A DNA stretch of 64,000 nt from Takakia lepidozioides (Eukaryota > Plantae > Bryophyta): assembly GCA_030704615.1 (NCBI GenBank), contig CM060734.1:45508001-45572000 (forward strand), written 5' to 3'. Shown piece after piece: positions 10,885 through 23,852 of this stretch. The stretch's first letter is position 1. Each line of letters opens with the position of its first letter. Both the position numbers and the translations under genes were made by a program. The notes under the pieces were generated by a model. The model was not told the DNA's origin, searched no databases, and saw only the letters and a program-made list of their open reading frames with translations.

Positions 10885-11559
10885 TTACAAGGGCTTTGAC
10901 ATCTAGGGCAAGGGCGGCTTCCTCAGCACTAGAGTTTCTGACTTGTACTTTCAACGGAAGATTCACCCCCCACGGATTGGGGTTGTGGCTTGCCGGCTGA
11001 TGGTGACTTCAACTAGCGGCATTACCCTACTGGACTCAAACATTAAAGCTTATCTAAAGGTTTCATTTTAAAAACAAAGGGGGATTGGAGCCCTTTTGAA
11101 CTACATCAAAAATGTAAGGAAAGAATAACCTTACAAAAGCCATAGAGGCTGAGAAACGAGACACTGTTCTAAGCCAAGAGTTGAAGACAGAGAAACTGAA
11201 AGAGAGAAGATTAACCAAGGACCATTGAGACCCAAGAGTATAAATAATGGATCTAGTAGAAGATTGGGAGAGAGGACTAAAGACTGCATCTCTTGCGTTT
11301 AGGCGGATCGAAAGACAACTACGCCTTGGATTTGCCATTTCGAAAGCTTCGACGATGTTGCCAGTTCACCTCTGAGTCTTCAGGCTCGATCGGGGAACGC
11401 CTGGCACGAACTGAGCTGCCAATAGGAAGGGATGGAGTCGTCCATTCGATTCTCGAGTTCGAAATTCTCTTGCAGATGACTCGCCCTTTCGGCCCTCAAG
11501 AGTTGTCAACGGTCGAAAGCTAGGGTTCTTCTTCTATCCCCGCACTTGCGAAGAGCTAT

Positions 11560-12051
11560 AAAAAGCACAACCCACAATTTGCAAGCCTCGGACATATTAA
11601 GTCTGAGTGAACCCTGCACAACACCCTCAGCAGACAAGGAAAGTCATTTTGAAAGAGCAATGAGTATCTAGATTTCCTGCATATATGCCAAAGGACAAGC
11701 CTCCTAAGGGACTCCCACACTAGATAATAACAACAAATGGCCCCTTCGTTGATGTTCAGAAGCAAGGTTGAGGTAGAGAAGCTCAGGTGCATATTCCAAT
11801 TGGAATAGAAAGAGGCAGCATGATGCCAGACATGTCACAAAAGTAGCAAAAGGGCAGTGCACAAAATAATGTTCAATGTTCTCCACCAACTGAAGATTGC
11901 ATGTAGAGCATTGAAAGGGAGCATCAGAGAAAATGGCCCCTACTGGCACGATTCTATTAAGCAATAATTTTGACGATAAGTGCTTCTTCCAGATATCCGC
12001 CCAGACAGGTTTCCAAGAGACAGGGTGCAGGGCAGGAACTTCGCAGTCCAT
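11560..12051 (-). mobile_element. L1-type LINE ORF2 3' remnant (zf-RVT)
   Basis: WADIWKK...CSTCNLQLVENIEHYFVHCPFA zinc-knuckle signature; degenerate. Confidence 0.6.
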
Positions 12052-13376
12052 TTACGATCCAGGTCTTGTCTCTCTTTCCTGTTTTCCCTGTTTGGCTACC
12101 AGTTGGCACATTTGTTTAGTGACTTTTGCTATGGAGCCCTTTTGTGGTTATTTTTCCCACTTATCAATCTAATTTGGCAGGGGATTTTTTTCTCCTAATA
12201 ATAATAAAATAAAACATACAACTCACACACACTTGAGACTTGTAGGGATTATTCTATGACAATTGGGTTCAGTGACGGATTTTTCTACGTAACAACAAAC
12301 AAATCTAATAACAATAATGACTCTATGATCCAACCTGTTATGGACAACTCCGGTCTCATTGTCTCGATGGAATAGACATAAAATACGACGACTTAATGTA
12401 AAATGTTCTTAATTGGATTCTTTTCTATAATACAGGGAAAATTCCCCTCAAAATTTCCTTATAATACGTGGATTGCAACTACAACAAAACTTATGTTTGT
12501 CATGGTAAATAAATATACAAATCTGAAATTAATTGTTTGCATGTTTCCAACATTATTTCCCCTATAATAGGCATAATCATCATAAACTTATTAGGGCCTA
12601 AATCATTGTGATCTGACGCTCCTAATTTCCTTTAATACTTATAGTTAAAAATCAAGGGCCGTCGGAGACCGTTTGATGAAATAAAATGGAAAAATAGCCC
12701 AGTGGTAAGGGGCACATACCACCTCGGAAGTGGTTGTGGGTCCACCTTCCTGCTGGAAGGCAGGAAGTTAGCCCTTGGGGGTCAACAGACACCATAATCT
12801 ACGCAGGCATCAAATATATTTATATATATATATATGGAAAAGCAATGAAAAAATGACGTTTGGGACCTTTTAATGTATATAATGTACACACAGGGGGTGA
12901 GGACTTGACAGCAGGCCAAGTCCCCTGGGGTCAGCCGCTGCAACCGTACCGCCAAGTTTCCCAAGTGCGCGTCTTAAACTCGTCAGATAGGTCTCTGTAA
13001 AAACTAAAAACCTAGGGGTTTTTCCCCTTTGTATTTGCACCAACGTTCTCTGACGGAATGTCACGTCAACAGCGGGCAGGGACCTTGCGACTTACGACCT
13101 TACCCGTAAAGCACTACCAGAACTTTTTTAGTGTATTTGGACGTCCGCTTACACGTGAAGATTTGAGGCAAGTCCAGATAGGGCATCACGCTTTTGGTGA
13201 ACATCCCGCGACAGGCTGTCCAGGGCATTATGCTTTTTGTGACATCCCGCGCCAGCCTGTCCAGGGCGTTACGCGTTCTGTGAACATCCTGCGACAGGAT
13301 GGACCACTTGAATGATGACGCGTCAGCAAAGAATGATGACGTCAAGTGAAAATTTTCTGTCCGTGCTTTACGCTGC

Positions 13377-13473
13377 GTAAGTCCCTGGACCTCGGGCACT
13401 GATTTGAGGGCACCAACGAGGGCGGCGAGTAGGTGCCCTCAAATCAGTGAATGCCCGAGGTCCAGGGACTTAC
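13377..13473. repeat. Near-perfect inverted repeat (38/42-nt arms, 17-nt loop)
   Basis: GTAAGTCCCTGGACCTCGGGCACTGATTTGAGGGCACC ... GGTGCCCTCAAATCAGTG(AATG)CCCGAGGTCCAGGGACTTAC, with one 4-nt bulge. Confidence 0.9.
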
Positions 13474-15177
13474 CCTATACGTAAGACCCTAGGATGGGAT
13501 CTTACACCGTGGGATCTTACGCCCTGTCATCTTTCCTTTATTAAATTAATTTCTTTTATTTTAGTTCTAGGGATCTCGGCCATCCAGCGCGGTAAAGAAC
13601 AGTGTGGCAAGCTTTGAAAGAAACCATGGCCGCCGCCGACAGCCCCTTGGGATGTGCTCAGCGCCGTGCTCTCGGGCTTTGCAAACGATGCAGGGAGCGG
13701 ATCCCATGGATATGAGGCTTGCTTCGCAAGCTTTTGCATTTAAGAAAGGGATCCTATCGAGTCTCCAAGGTAAAATAACAAAGAGAAACGTGACAGCATC
13801 CCGGTTTTCTACAGTACCTAGCCTACATCCAGTGATGATAAGAGTCTCCACTATTCACAATGTTTCTCTTGCTCCGTCACCTTCTGTGGCAGAAGAGTCC
13901 TGGGAATTCAACGAGCTGGATCTGTGGTTTTGTAAAATTTGGCAGGAAACATTCTTCGGATGACTGATACTGGAAAGCACGTGAACTGTACTGGCCAACT
14001 CAATGGCACCTGTACAGAGGTATGTCTCTGTTCAAAAGTCAGGCCGTTTGCAAGACGCACATGACATGAAACAACTTTGTTCAGCGTGCATGAGTGATGT
14101 CTGCAGTCTGCACCTAAAGTGTCAGGAAGAACGTTATCCAGCGCTGGGACGAGCCTGCGAGGGCCTGACCCACAAAGCTAACCTACGACGTGGAGAGTGC
14201 AGGCAAAGCAGAGCAACTTTCCCGTGTGCGTCCCTATAATTTGATGGACTCTCCAGTGCTCAGTCGTGTGTACAGATCAGTCAGTAACTGACTCTGCAAG
14301 TCTTGTTCGGACCAACGTCCGGGGAGAACCGGCAGCCAGTTACATGCTAGCCGACTGAATTCCAGAATTTCCGAATGAAATATGAAACCTCAGGAAATGG
14401 ATCCGAGGGAAAAAATGGCCGAAGTGGAAATCAACCGGGTGCCCTACTTTTAGGAAGGATATTTGCCTTTCATGTCACGTCCATTGTGTCCACTCCAAGC
14501 AAGCCAACCACAACACTAGTAGTGTCAGGACGGACCGGACGGTATTGCATGTTTCGTGGTCGAGTTTGAACACACCTTGGACCTGTAATACTACACACAG
14601 ACTTCGTAACTCACTTATGGACGCCCTTCAAGCTTCAGCTCAACAAGCTGAGTCAAATTCACACCTGAAATGCAGAGAATACCTGGGTGTATGCATGGTT
14701 AATCTGAGGAGAACTTGAAAAGTAAAATGGTCATTGAAATGGACTGAAAAACCGCCAAGTGAACTCCCACATCTTGGGGCTTTGGTGGATGGAAATTGAG
14801 GTTAGTGAATAGAAAGCCTCTCAGTGAAACTGTGTCATCTGACTGGACATTCCCCAGCCAGTGTGAAGGAAATTGCCTTCCATGCACCCAGTCCACAAAA
14901 AAATTTGGGACCCCCATTGATGCAAAAAGTAAAATCCCCATCTTCATCACTTTGTTCCTGGCAATCTGTTGGCAACTCCTCTGCAATAGTCTTCTGTGAC
15001 TTCACTGCGGCTGTTTCATGACAATACTTGTTATGATGATCAGTGTGGGCAGCTCACAGAAAATCCAGTACTAATTGTTGTATCCACTTTCAGTTTGCGT
15101 CCTTGCTGACAAAAACAATGACAAATTATGACTTTACCACTCTTACTTCCCATTTATTGTCACATGCATTGCTCATT

Positions 15178-17184
15178 TCACCAGTAATCTCCACAAGAAC
15201 AAACCCCATCTGTAAAGTGGTGAAAGCGGTTGGCATCCCGTACAATGACAGCTCGCCCAACAATCTTCGAGATGAACTTGGTGGCAGTATGGCAGTCACC
15301 GCATACTCGAAGGTTCTTGGTAATCCGTATGGCGGTCCCCGGGGTGGTGCTGATGAGCCCAAAAGCAATGGCCAGCTTCTCACTGTGGTGGCACAGAGAC
15401 ACTTCCTTCATCTCCTCCTCCACATCATGCAATACAAAGCGAGTGTCAGGCACATACCCTGCCTCCTTCATCTGCCAAGACAAACTTTTCAGCTCAGCCT
15501 GGATTTCCTCAATTTGTGGATGTAATTTGTCTTCTACAACAAATGTATGCACCTGCTTGTTGACCTCAATGCAGCAGCGCCCTGCCTCCTTTCTAACACC
15601 TCTGTCCTCCATCATTTTTCTCACCTTTGCTCTATCATCCCACCTGCCAGCTGCAGCATAGATATTCGATAGCAGTACATAAGTTCCAGCATGCTGTGGA
15701 TCCCACTTGAGAAGGCATTTTGCTGCACGTTCTGCTCGCTCCACATCACCATGAATTCTGCATGCACCAAGCAGGGCCCCCCACACCCCAGCATGTGGTC
15801 TGATTGGCATCTGCTTAATGAACTCCTCTGCCTCATCCAATTGTCCTGCACGGCCAAGAAGGTCCACCATGCAGCCAAAATGCTCCACTGTAGGAGTGAG
15901 GCCATGATCTCGACTCATCGAACCAAAGAACTGATGGCCTTCATCCACTAGGCCCATATGGCTACATGCAGAGAGAAGACATATAAAGGTGATACCATCG
16001 GGCTTCAAGCCTTCCTGTTGCATTTGTTCAAATAGTTGGTGGGCTTCACTACCACACCCATGGTGAGCATATCCTGCTATCATGGTGTTAAAAGACACCA
16101 CATCTCGTTGAGCAATATTGTTGAAAACTTTATGTGCCTCCTTCATGCTCCCGCATTTTGCATACATGTCGACAAGGGCAGTCTCCAGAATAATATTTGG
16201 TGCCAGGCTAGCTTTGCTCATGTCAGCATGGACCTCTACACCCTTCTCCAGGGCTGCCAGGTTGGCACACGCATCAAGAACGCAAGTAAATGTTACCTTG
16301 TCAGGTGCCATCCCACCTGCTATCATTCGGTCATAGACCTCCAGAGCCTCCCTACCACACCCATGCTGAGCATATCCTGCAATCATTGCATTCCATGAGA
16401 TCACATCTCGTTGTGCCATATTGTTGAACACATGACGCGCATCTTCCATCTTCCCAAATTTAGCATACATGTTAATAAGGCTGTTCTCTGAGACCACATT
16501 TCGGTTAGCCATATTGTCAAACACTTGACGTGCATCCTTTACACTCCCACATTTGGCATACATGTCAGCAATAGCAGTCTCCAATATGATATCTGGCGCA
16601 ATGCCACCCTTGATAATCTGAGCATGAACCTCTTTGCCCTTTTCCAGGGCTCCCAGGCTTGCACATGCCTTCACAACACAAGTGTATGTGACCTTGTCAG
16701 GCATCACCCCTTCCCGTACCATACGCTCATAGATCTCCAAAGCCTCCCTACCACACCCATGCTTCGCATATCCTGCCACCATTGTGGTCCAGATAATCAC
16801 ATCTCGTTCAGGCATTCTGTCAAACACTTGGCGTGCATCCACCAAGCTGCCACACTTGGCATACATGTTGACAAGGGTCTTGAGTAGAAAGGTGTTTGGC
16901 TTCAATCCACTCTGCATAAGGTGGGCGTGCACCTGCTTCCCAATATCCAGGTCTTTAATTTTAATGCACTCCTGCAAGAGACATATGTACGTATTGGCAT
17001 CTGCCAAAATGCCTTTTTGGTTCAAATTGTGCACCGCTTCTTTCAGTTGTCCTTCCTTACATAATGTCCTCACATTCACACAAGTGTTGGGAGAGTTCTT
17101 GTTGACTCCCTCTGTTGGTGCAAAAGCACTGGTCATCATGGACATGCCTGATTCCAATGAATGTGCCTGCTCCAATCCTGCCAT
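15178..17184 (-). CDS. PLS-class PPR protein with E1-E2-DYW deaminase domain (organellar C-to-U RNA editing factor)
   Basis: Intronless 668-aa ORF with P-L-S repeats, HSEKLA...CGDCH zinc site and C-terminal CSCGDYW. Confidence 0.97.
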   Translation of the reverse strand: MAGLEQAHSLESGMSMMTSAFAPTEGVNKNSPNTCVNVRTLCKEGQLKEAVHNLNQKGILADANTYICLLQECIKIKDLDIGKQVHAHLMQSGLKPNTFLLKTLVNMYAKCGSLVDARQVFDRMPERDVIIWTTMVAGYAKHGCGREALEIYERMVREGVMPDKVTYTCVVKACASLGALEKGKEVHAQIIKGGIAPDIILETAIADMYAKCGSVKDARQVFDNMANRNVVSENSLINMYAKFGKMEDARHVFNNMAQRDVISWNAMIAGYAQHGCGREALEVYDRMIAGGMAPDKVTFTCVLDACANLAALEKGVEVHADMSKASLAPNIILETALVDMYAKCGSMKEAHKVFNNIAQRDVVSFNTMIAGYAHHGCGSEAHQLFEQMQQEGLKPDGITFICLLSACSHMGLVDEGHQFFGSMSRDHGLTPTVEHFGCMVDLLGRAGQLDEAEEFIKQMPIRPHAGVWGALLGACRIHGDVERAERAAKCLLKWDPQHAGTYVLLSNIYAAAGRWDDRAKVRKMMEDRGVRKEAGRCCIEVNKQVHTFVVEDKLHPQIEEIQAELKSLSWQMKEAGYVPDTRFVLHDVEEEMKEVSLCHHSEKLAIAFGLISTTPGTAIRITKNLRVCGDCHTATKFISKIVGRAVIVRDANRFHHFTDGVCSCGDYW

Positions 17185-17965
17185 CCTGCATGTCTCAAAA
17201 GTCTTAGGTACAAACTATGAGTCCGAATTCAAGTAATATATCTGAAAACCCCTATACAATTTAAAGAAAGATCTCTCATGAGGAGAAGCTTGTTTCCACA
17301 TATGAACAGGGTTCACACACTCACAGAAATAATCTACAATGAGAATAATTTGTACTGCTATCTGCTTGACCTGAAACCCTGCATCATCATCAAAGCAATA
17401 CCAGTTGTATTCTCCACCTGGAGCTCCATGGTGTACACCCACATTAGAAATAGATTGTGCTCGACCTGGTATCATGGCAGACAGCTCTGCTTTCACCCAA
17501 GAAGGGTTTGACCAACCGTCAATCCAAAGGACCTCCTTCGTGCGCTTATGTCTGAAGTCTGGCGATCTTGGACTTTTCTGAGAAAAGCCACAACTATGCA
17601 GCTGAGCAGCCACACCTTCAACCACAGTCTCACTTGACCAGGCTATGATATGAACCACCTTAGCTGCCTTCAGCTAAATTGTCATTCATCTAAGCAACCG
17701 AAGATTCAAATCAGTCCGCAAAAGCACGCAAGATTCAGTCACTGTCAAACTCTTTTGCGTCATAATGATTGCCACACCTTATCAAACCTGTTGTCCCACC
17801 ACTGTGAAGGATTTGAGAAGAACTCCCGCCAGAGCTGTTGATTGGTCGTTCTTTGGCCTGCATGCAAATACAATACACAGAGATCTTTAGCAGCTATTAA
17901 TTTACCAAGTCTTCTTAAAAACTGCTGGCACAAGGCAATTTAATCTCTCTCTCTCTCTCTCTCTC

Positions 17966-20900
17966 CCCCTATTCTCCCTGTCCTCTAGGAAGCCTATTGC
18001 CATTGGGTGGACTTGATACGGGAGTACATTAATGTCTCTGTGACTAAATGCCGGCCTTGTGACCTCGTGTCCTTGTTTGTTTCGACCTGAAGCGCTTTGC
18101 TCCAGGTAAGGTAGTGCATTGGATTTAGTTGGAAAGCTTGGGGCCTTTCCCTCTTTAGAATATGCCTACACGGGCCATTCCCTGCAACTCCCTGGAGTGT
18201 GATCTCTGAATGGTAACAAGCGGACCCCTACCGCTTGGGGGCAGCCCCTCCGCCCAATTTGGGCAGTCGTATGCTCTGTATAGCATACTCGGCACTTGGG
18301 GCTCGGGTTGGTTCCTGTGCTTAAATTTATAGCCTGCGAGATCAATCAATATTTTAGCTCCTATCAACATCAACACTCCCCAGGGTGATTCCTGGGAATT
18401 GGTTACTTATGCCAAATCTAGGGCTTCATGTGTAGTTTTTGGGGTGAATCCCAGGATGGACGATGTGTCCTTTAAAACTACATGCTCTAGCTTAGGCTTG
18501 GATTTCTTGGCTAATGGTTCCATCTCGAGACTTGATAACAGGGGTACGTTGAAGGTTGCAATGTCCAAAAGTGCTTCTAATAGAGTCCCACATCAATTCA
18601 ATCTCAAAGAAGTTCGTCCCTTGACTGGCTGGAGAGCGGTCTTAGACATTGGTGATTCAATGGGGCGCTCTAGGAAGACAACCAAGGGCAAGGACTTCAA
18701 CTTGAGAGTTTCTAATCGGTTTGATGCTCTGGATGAGGTTGAATCCAAACAGCCAGAAGGACAAGATGCCCCTAAGTGTACAGAACCTGAACGTCCTGAA
18801 TCTGAAGGATTTGGTACTCTGAATGGTTTACCAATCCTCAAGGTTTACACAAGACGAACAAATTCTATACATGGGGTAATTGTCCCCAAGCCGTCAGATG
18901 GACAATCTGTCCCTAAGTGTGCAGAGCCTGAACGTCGTGTAACTGAAGGATTTGGTACTGTAAATGGTTTACCAATCCTCAAAGTCTACACAAGACGAGC
19001 AAAATCTATACACGGGGTAATTGTCCCCAAGCAGTCTGACGGACAATATGCCCCTAAGTGTGCGGAGCCTGTGCGTCGTGTAACTGAAGGATTTGGTACC
19101 CTGAATGGTTTACCAATTCTCAAAGTCTACACAAGACGAGCAAAATCTACACATGGGGTAGCTGTCCAACCTTTGCAGAACGGTTCCCGTCCAGGAGCAA
19201 TCAAAAGCTACCTAGACGACAAACAATTCACATGCAAAGGGCTGGCTTGCGGCTGGCCACTTTCAACTTCTCAGGGCTTACTAACCAAAGGAAACAACTC
19301 GAAGTGGGACAAGTCCTTCGGACTAATGATATTCATATCTGTGCTGGGCAAGAAACATGGGAAACGTCGGATAAACTGGTTGGAGATGTCAATGGTTATA
19401 AATGGGCAGGTAGGATGTGTACTCTCAAGGCAGCCTCTGCCAAACGCGGTCAAAAAGGGGTTGGATTCTTTGTCCGTGATTTCTTGTTTGATAATTGTGA
19501 AATTATCAACAAGGGTTTGAGGTACGAGCATAGTATCTGGCTAAAACTGAATCTGAAGGGCGGCATGAGTACGAAGGACCTCTTTGTGGGTTGTGTTTAC
19601 ATGCCCACAGAGGGGACCCTCCCATGATAGAGGCCCTAGTTCTCCTCTTTAACCTTATCTGGAAGACTGAAATGATCCCCTTTCACTGGCGACAGGGGGT
19701 CATTGTCAATCTATACAAGAAGGGTGACAGAGAAGAACCGGGGAACTACCGTGGCATCACGCTCCTCAATGCTGTTGGCAAGACATTCTGCAGAGTTATA
19801 AGTACTCGTCTCGAGGTTGATCTGCAGTCTAGAGGTTGTTTCCACGAAGGCCAAGCTGGCTTTCGGCGAAACAGGGGCTGTGTGGATCATATCTTCACTC
19901 TAAGCCAGATTATCCAGGGAAGGAAAAAAGAAGGGAAACCCACTTATGTTTTTTTCCTGGATGTCAAAAAGGCTTATGACACAGTGTGGAGAGATGGCCT
20001 ATGGTTCCGCCTCTGGTCTTGTGGGATCAAGGGAAAGATGTGGAGAGTTGTCCACAACTTGTATGCTCACACCAAAAGCTGTGTCACTGTTAACGGACAG
20101 AAGTCCAACTTCTTTGACATAGACCAAGGTGTAGCTCAAGGATGTACTCTCTCCCCTCTGCTCTTCAATGTTTTTATCAATCAACTCCTCGAGGATGTGG
20201 AAAGTGAGGGATTTGGGTTAAGGGTGGGTGATACCACCATACCAGCCCTTATGTTTGCGGATGACTTCGCAGGCATAGGGGAGACTCCAACCAATCTCCA
20301 GGAGTTGATTGATTGCGCGAAGAGATACTTTGATCTTTGGGGGCTAGAGGCTAATGTCAGCAAATGTGCAGTGGTAGCATTCAATGACAGAGGAGAGGGA
20401 GGAAGTGATCTTAAGTGGCAGTGGGGTAGCCAAGAGATCCCGGTCCTCCCTTCCTACACTTACCTGGGCGTTGAATTTTCCTCCAATTGTAATTGGGATG
20501 CACATATCCGGAAAGTTGTTCAAACTGGCAAGGGCAAAGCTCTGGGGCTCACTAAATTTTTCCACTGCAGAGGGGTCAACTCTGAGGTTAAGAAAACCAT
20601 GCTTTGCCGCGTTATTAGACCTGCCTTGGAGTACGGATCTGCTATATGGGTTGATAACTCCAACCAGGCTAAGTCTCTAGAATCCATTCAAGTGGGGGTG
20701 CTTAAGGAGTGTATGTCAGCATGCTCCAAAACAGCCAATGTGGCTGTTCGGGGTGAGTTTGGCATTCCATCCTTAAGCTCCCGACGAGATGAATTCAAGG
20801 TCAGATGGTGGGGTCAGCTGCAACATATGCCCAACACCAGATATCCTAAGTTAATCGACTCTATATCTTGGAAACAGGACCGCCCTGTCAAACAGGCTAA

Positions 20901-21575
20901 GTCCTGGCAGAAGAGAGTAGAAGAGATTCTCAAGGTCCTGGACCTGGATCCGCAAGTCTTGACCCTGCTGGATAAATCTGATTTAGAGGCTGTAGTGTCT
21001 GATGCCATGTCTGTTGCCATGAGATTGTCTGATGAAAATGAAGTTAGGCAGAAAACCTCCCTGAACTTGTTTCCAGTCAGTGACATGGGGGAGGAAATCT
21101 TGGATGACCTCAAGGGTCTACCCACTCTCGGCACTAGACTGAAATTTAAACTCAGGGCAGGAAGCCTACCTTTGAACAGCAAACAGAAGCTGAGAGGAAA
21201 GGGAGAGTGCAATTGCCCATTGTGTGGGCAATCTGAAGACAGTATTCATTTTCTGATACACTGTCCGGGGTTCTCTCACCAAAGAGACGCTCTCTTCAAC
21301 TCTATCAAGGGAATTGTGCCTGTACCCCTGTTTACCAACTTTGAAAGTCTCGAGGCTGAGCCAAAAGCCCAGGCCCTCCTGAGGCCTAGTTTTTGGGCAA
21401 ATCACACACAGCAGATTGATGCTTGTGTGAAGGGATTTCTAGAGGATATCTGGAGAACCCGGATTAATTCTTTATATGAAGGTAAGTCTTACTACCAAAC
21501 CCGCTCAAACTGGGCGCGGGGTCAATGGCCACAAGGCTACGACAAACAACGTCTTGTGAGTACAATCTCTCTCTC
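17966..21575 (+). mobile_element. Non-LTR retrotransposon (RTE/RTEX-like LINE), internally deleted
   Basis: APE endonuclease N-terminus (19232-19620; LATFNFSGL, AGQETW, VGCVYMP) joined out of frame to the RT ORF 19591-21627 (PGNYRGITLL, QAGFR, FLDVKKAYD, GVAQGCTLSPLLF, FADD, C-terminal CPLC...HFLIHC). Flanked by (CT)n at 17944-17965 and 21566-21575. Confidence 0.9.
18750..19165 (+). repeat. Three in-frame 141-bp (47-aa) tandem repeats in the LINE 5' ORF
   Basis: CCTAAGTGT at 18771, 18912 and 19053; the peptide PKCxEPxR..EGFGTxNGLPILKVYTRR occurs three times. Confidence 0.95.
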
Positions 21576-22929
21576 CCTACCCTTTCTTAACTACAGTAAG
21601 ACCCCTACCCTTTCTCAACTGCAGTGAGACTGGCAGTGCCATCTCAATTGGGGGCAAGGGCAGAAGAGGTGGATTCAGCATTGCGTGATCCCAACTCCAG
21701 CCCTTACATCAAGACTCAATTCCCTAAAACTCGAATAACGTTGGCTGTGCGCGAACACTTTGGCGTGTGCAGACTGAGATTACAGAACCTGATGACAGAA
21801 AGGTTTCATATCCCGAGGGACTATGCCCTCAAGGATGCGTCATAGCGTTCGCAGGTTAAGTACGTCTCTGTCTGTCATATATGCATCCCTCTGTTGGTCA
21901 ACATTGCATCAGAGGACCACATCAATGTGTATCTCATGTCTGGTAATCGGCCCCTACATTCGAGCTCGTAATTGCACCTCCTTGAATTTTGCAGCAGCAG
22001 TCCCGCAATGTCATAATTCTCACGTATTTCACAAAAGAAAAGTTTATAGGATAGTGGCTATGGCCACAATGTAAAGAAGCACCTCTCTCTCATGGCATTT
22101 AAGCAAAGAGGATAGACGCAATGTCTATATTGAAGGAGAGGACAACTTTCTGCTAGCATGGGTCCAGGATAGCTCCTACGCAGCCAGTTTAGACACCAAG
22201 TGCGAAAAGTGCTCACTTACCTATCGTAGCTTCCTTGGATATCCCTGGAGGGTGAGGCCCCAGAGCCATCACTCGCAAGGGTTTGGTGCCCGGCATTGCC
22301 AACCTGGGTACCCATCTCAGCTCCACAGCCTGGCTGCTGCAAGATGTGAGACTTTCCGCATATTCGCACGAAGAGTAAAGGAACGTCGGTGTGGCCTCTC
22401 TCTCGATGAGGAGCGGGGAACGAGCTGCCATCGCTGTGTATTTGAATCCAGAGGGACACAAGAAGGAATCAAGACCTTCATCTTCTTCATTGCAATAGTC
22501 TTTGGAAGAAACGACAACCCAAGTCTATCTCTCTTATTTAGCCTAATGTCTAAGTTTACCACTTCAACGCGAGCCCAATTTTTTTGGAATTTGAGTAACT
22601 AACTTGCAGCAGTCAACACATCTGCATAGATTTGACATTTCAGATTTCGTGCTTCAGAGCAACTACCTTATTATTAGTGCGTTCTTCAATCTAAGTTGCA
22701 GGCTGAAAAGATGAACAGGAGCCATGGCAGCGCATACAGTAAGCAGGGTGGGAACATACATCCCTCTTCCGCAAGGCACCTTATTTACGCATGGTGGGTG
22801 CGCTCACAAGCCTCCTCAAGGCGACTACATGCTGTTTGCAAGCCTGGCCATGGGCTGAACGCTCCACCAAAATGTGGGCAGTACACTCTGTGCGCGTCTG
22901 TGTAGTAGCCGAATTGCAGTGAGAATTGT

Positions 22930-23385
22930 TTCACGAGATGTGCTTACATGGAATATAATTATGGCAGGATATGCCAAGTATGAGTGTGGTAGGGAGGCCT
23001 TTCAGATCTATGAGCAAATGATACAGGAAGGGGCTGCACCCAACAGAGTCACATTCATTTGCATTCTTAAGGCATGTGCCACTCGCAGCCCTGGAAAAGG
23101 GTAAAGCGATCCATGCTGACATCATCAGAGCTGGAATCGTGTCAGATATCATTCTGGAGACTGCCCTGGTGAACATGTATGCCAAATGCGGGAGCATGAA
23201 GGATGCGCGTCAAGTGTTTGACAATATGGTGCAACGAGCTTGGAACACTATGGTTGCAGGATATGCTCAGCATGGGTGTGGTAGGGAAGCTCTCCAGATG
23301 TATGAGAAAATGCTACAGGAAGGGGTGATGACCACAAAAGTCACGTTCCTTTGTGTTCTCAAGGCATGTGCCAGTGTAGGAATCC
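22930..23385 (+). pseudogene. PPR pseudogene fragment (P-L-S-P-L) similar to the 15178-17184 gene
   Basis: RDVLTWNIIMAGYAKYECGREA...ACA, a frameshift near 23080, then LEKGKAIHADII...DIILETALVNMYAKCGSMKDARQVFDNM. No E/DYW domain. Confidence 0.85.
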
Positions 23386-23586
23386 TTTTCCAAAGAGGTC
23401 CATTCTGTGCTCATTAAAGCTGGATTTGCACCAGAGATCAAGTTGGAGATATTGGGCCCTATGCTGGAGCGTTTGTCATTACATTACACCAAGAACATGC
23501 TTTCCATCTCCATCAACAATATTCGTTGATTAATAGTTGCATATTTAATCATGTGATGTTGACGCTTGTAGCAATCACTAATATGT

Positions 23587-23852
23587 GAAACCAGACACAA
23601 TTCATTTTGTTTCGCCCACAAAAGCGTGGGTAACGACCTATGCAATAAGCACGTAACAATTCGGTAGCGAAGTAAAACAACCTCACGTCGTCCCTTATGC
23701 AAAACCAAACACAACTCATTTTGTTTCGCCCACGAAACCATTGGATAATGACCTACACAACGATACCTTGAAATTTCATTGGCGAAACTGATACCTTGAT
23801 TTATTTTGCTCGTAAAACCCGATACCTTACTTATTTAGCTGGCGAAACCCGT
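23587..23852. repeat. Short degenerate tandem repeats (~113 bp x2, then ~30 bp x3)
   Basis: ACACAAYTCATTTTGTTTCGCCCAC occurs twice and GATACCTT...AAAC three times. Confidence 0.6.

Noticed and set aside
11063-11338. Possible LINE ORF1 fragment
   Set aside because: No motif I can identify with confidence.
12693-12790. tRNA-derived SINE-like A box (TAGCCCAGTGG)
   Set aside because: No convincing B box, TSD or second copy in the window.
15230-17236. Antisense ORFs over the PPR genes (also 56507-58719) and over the germin gene
   Set aside because: Shadow frames of real CDSs.
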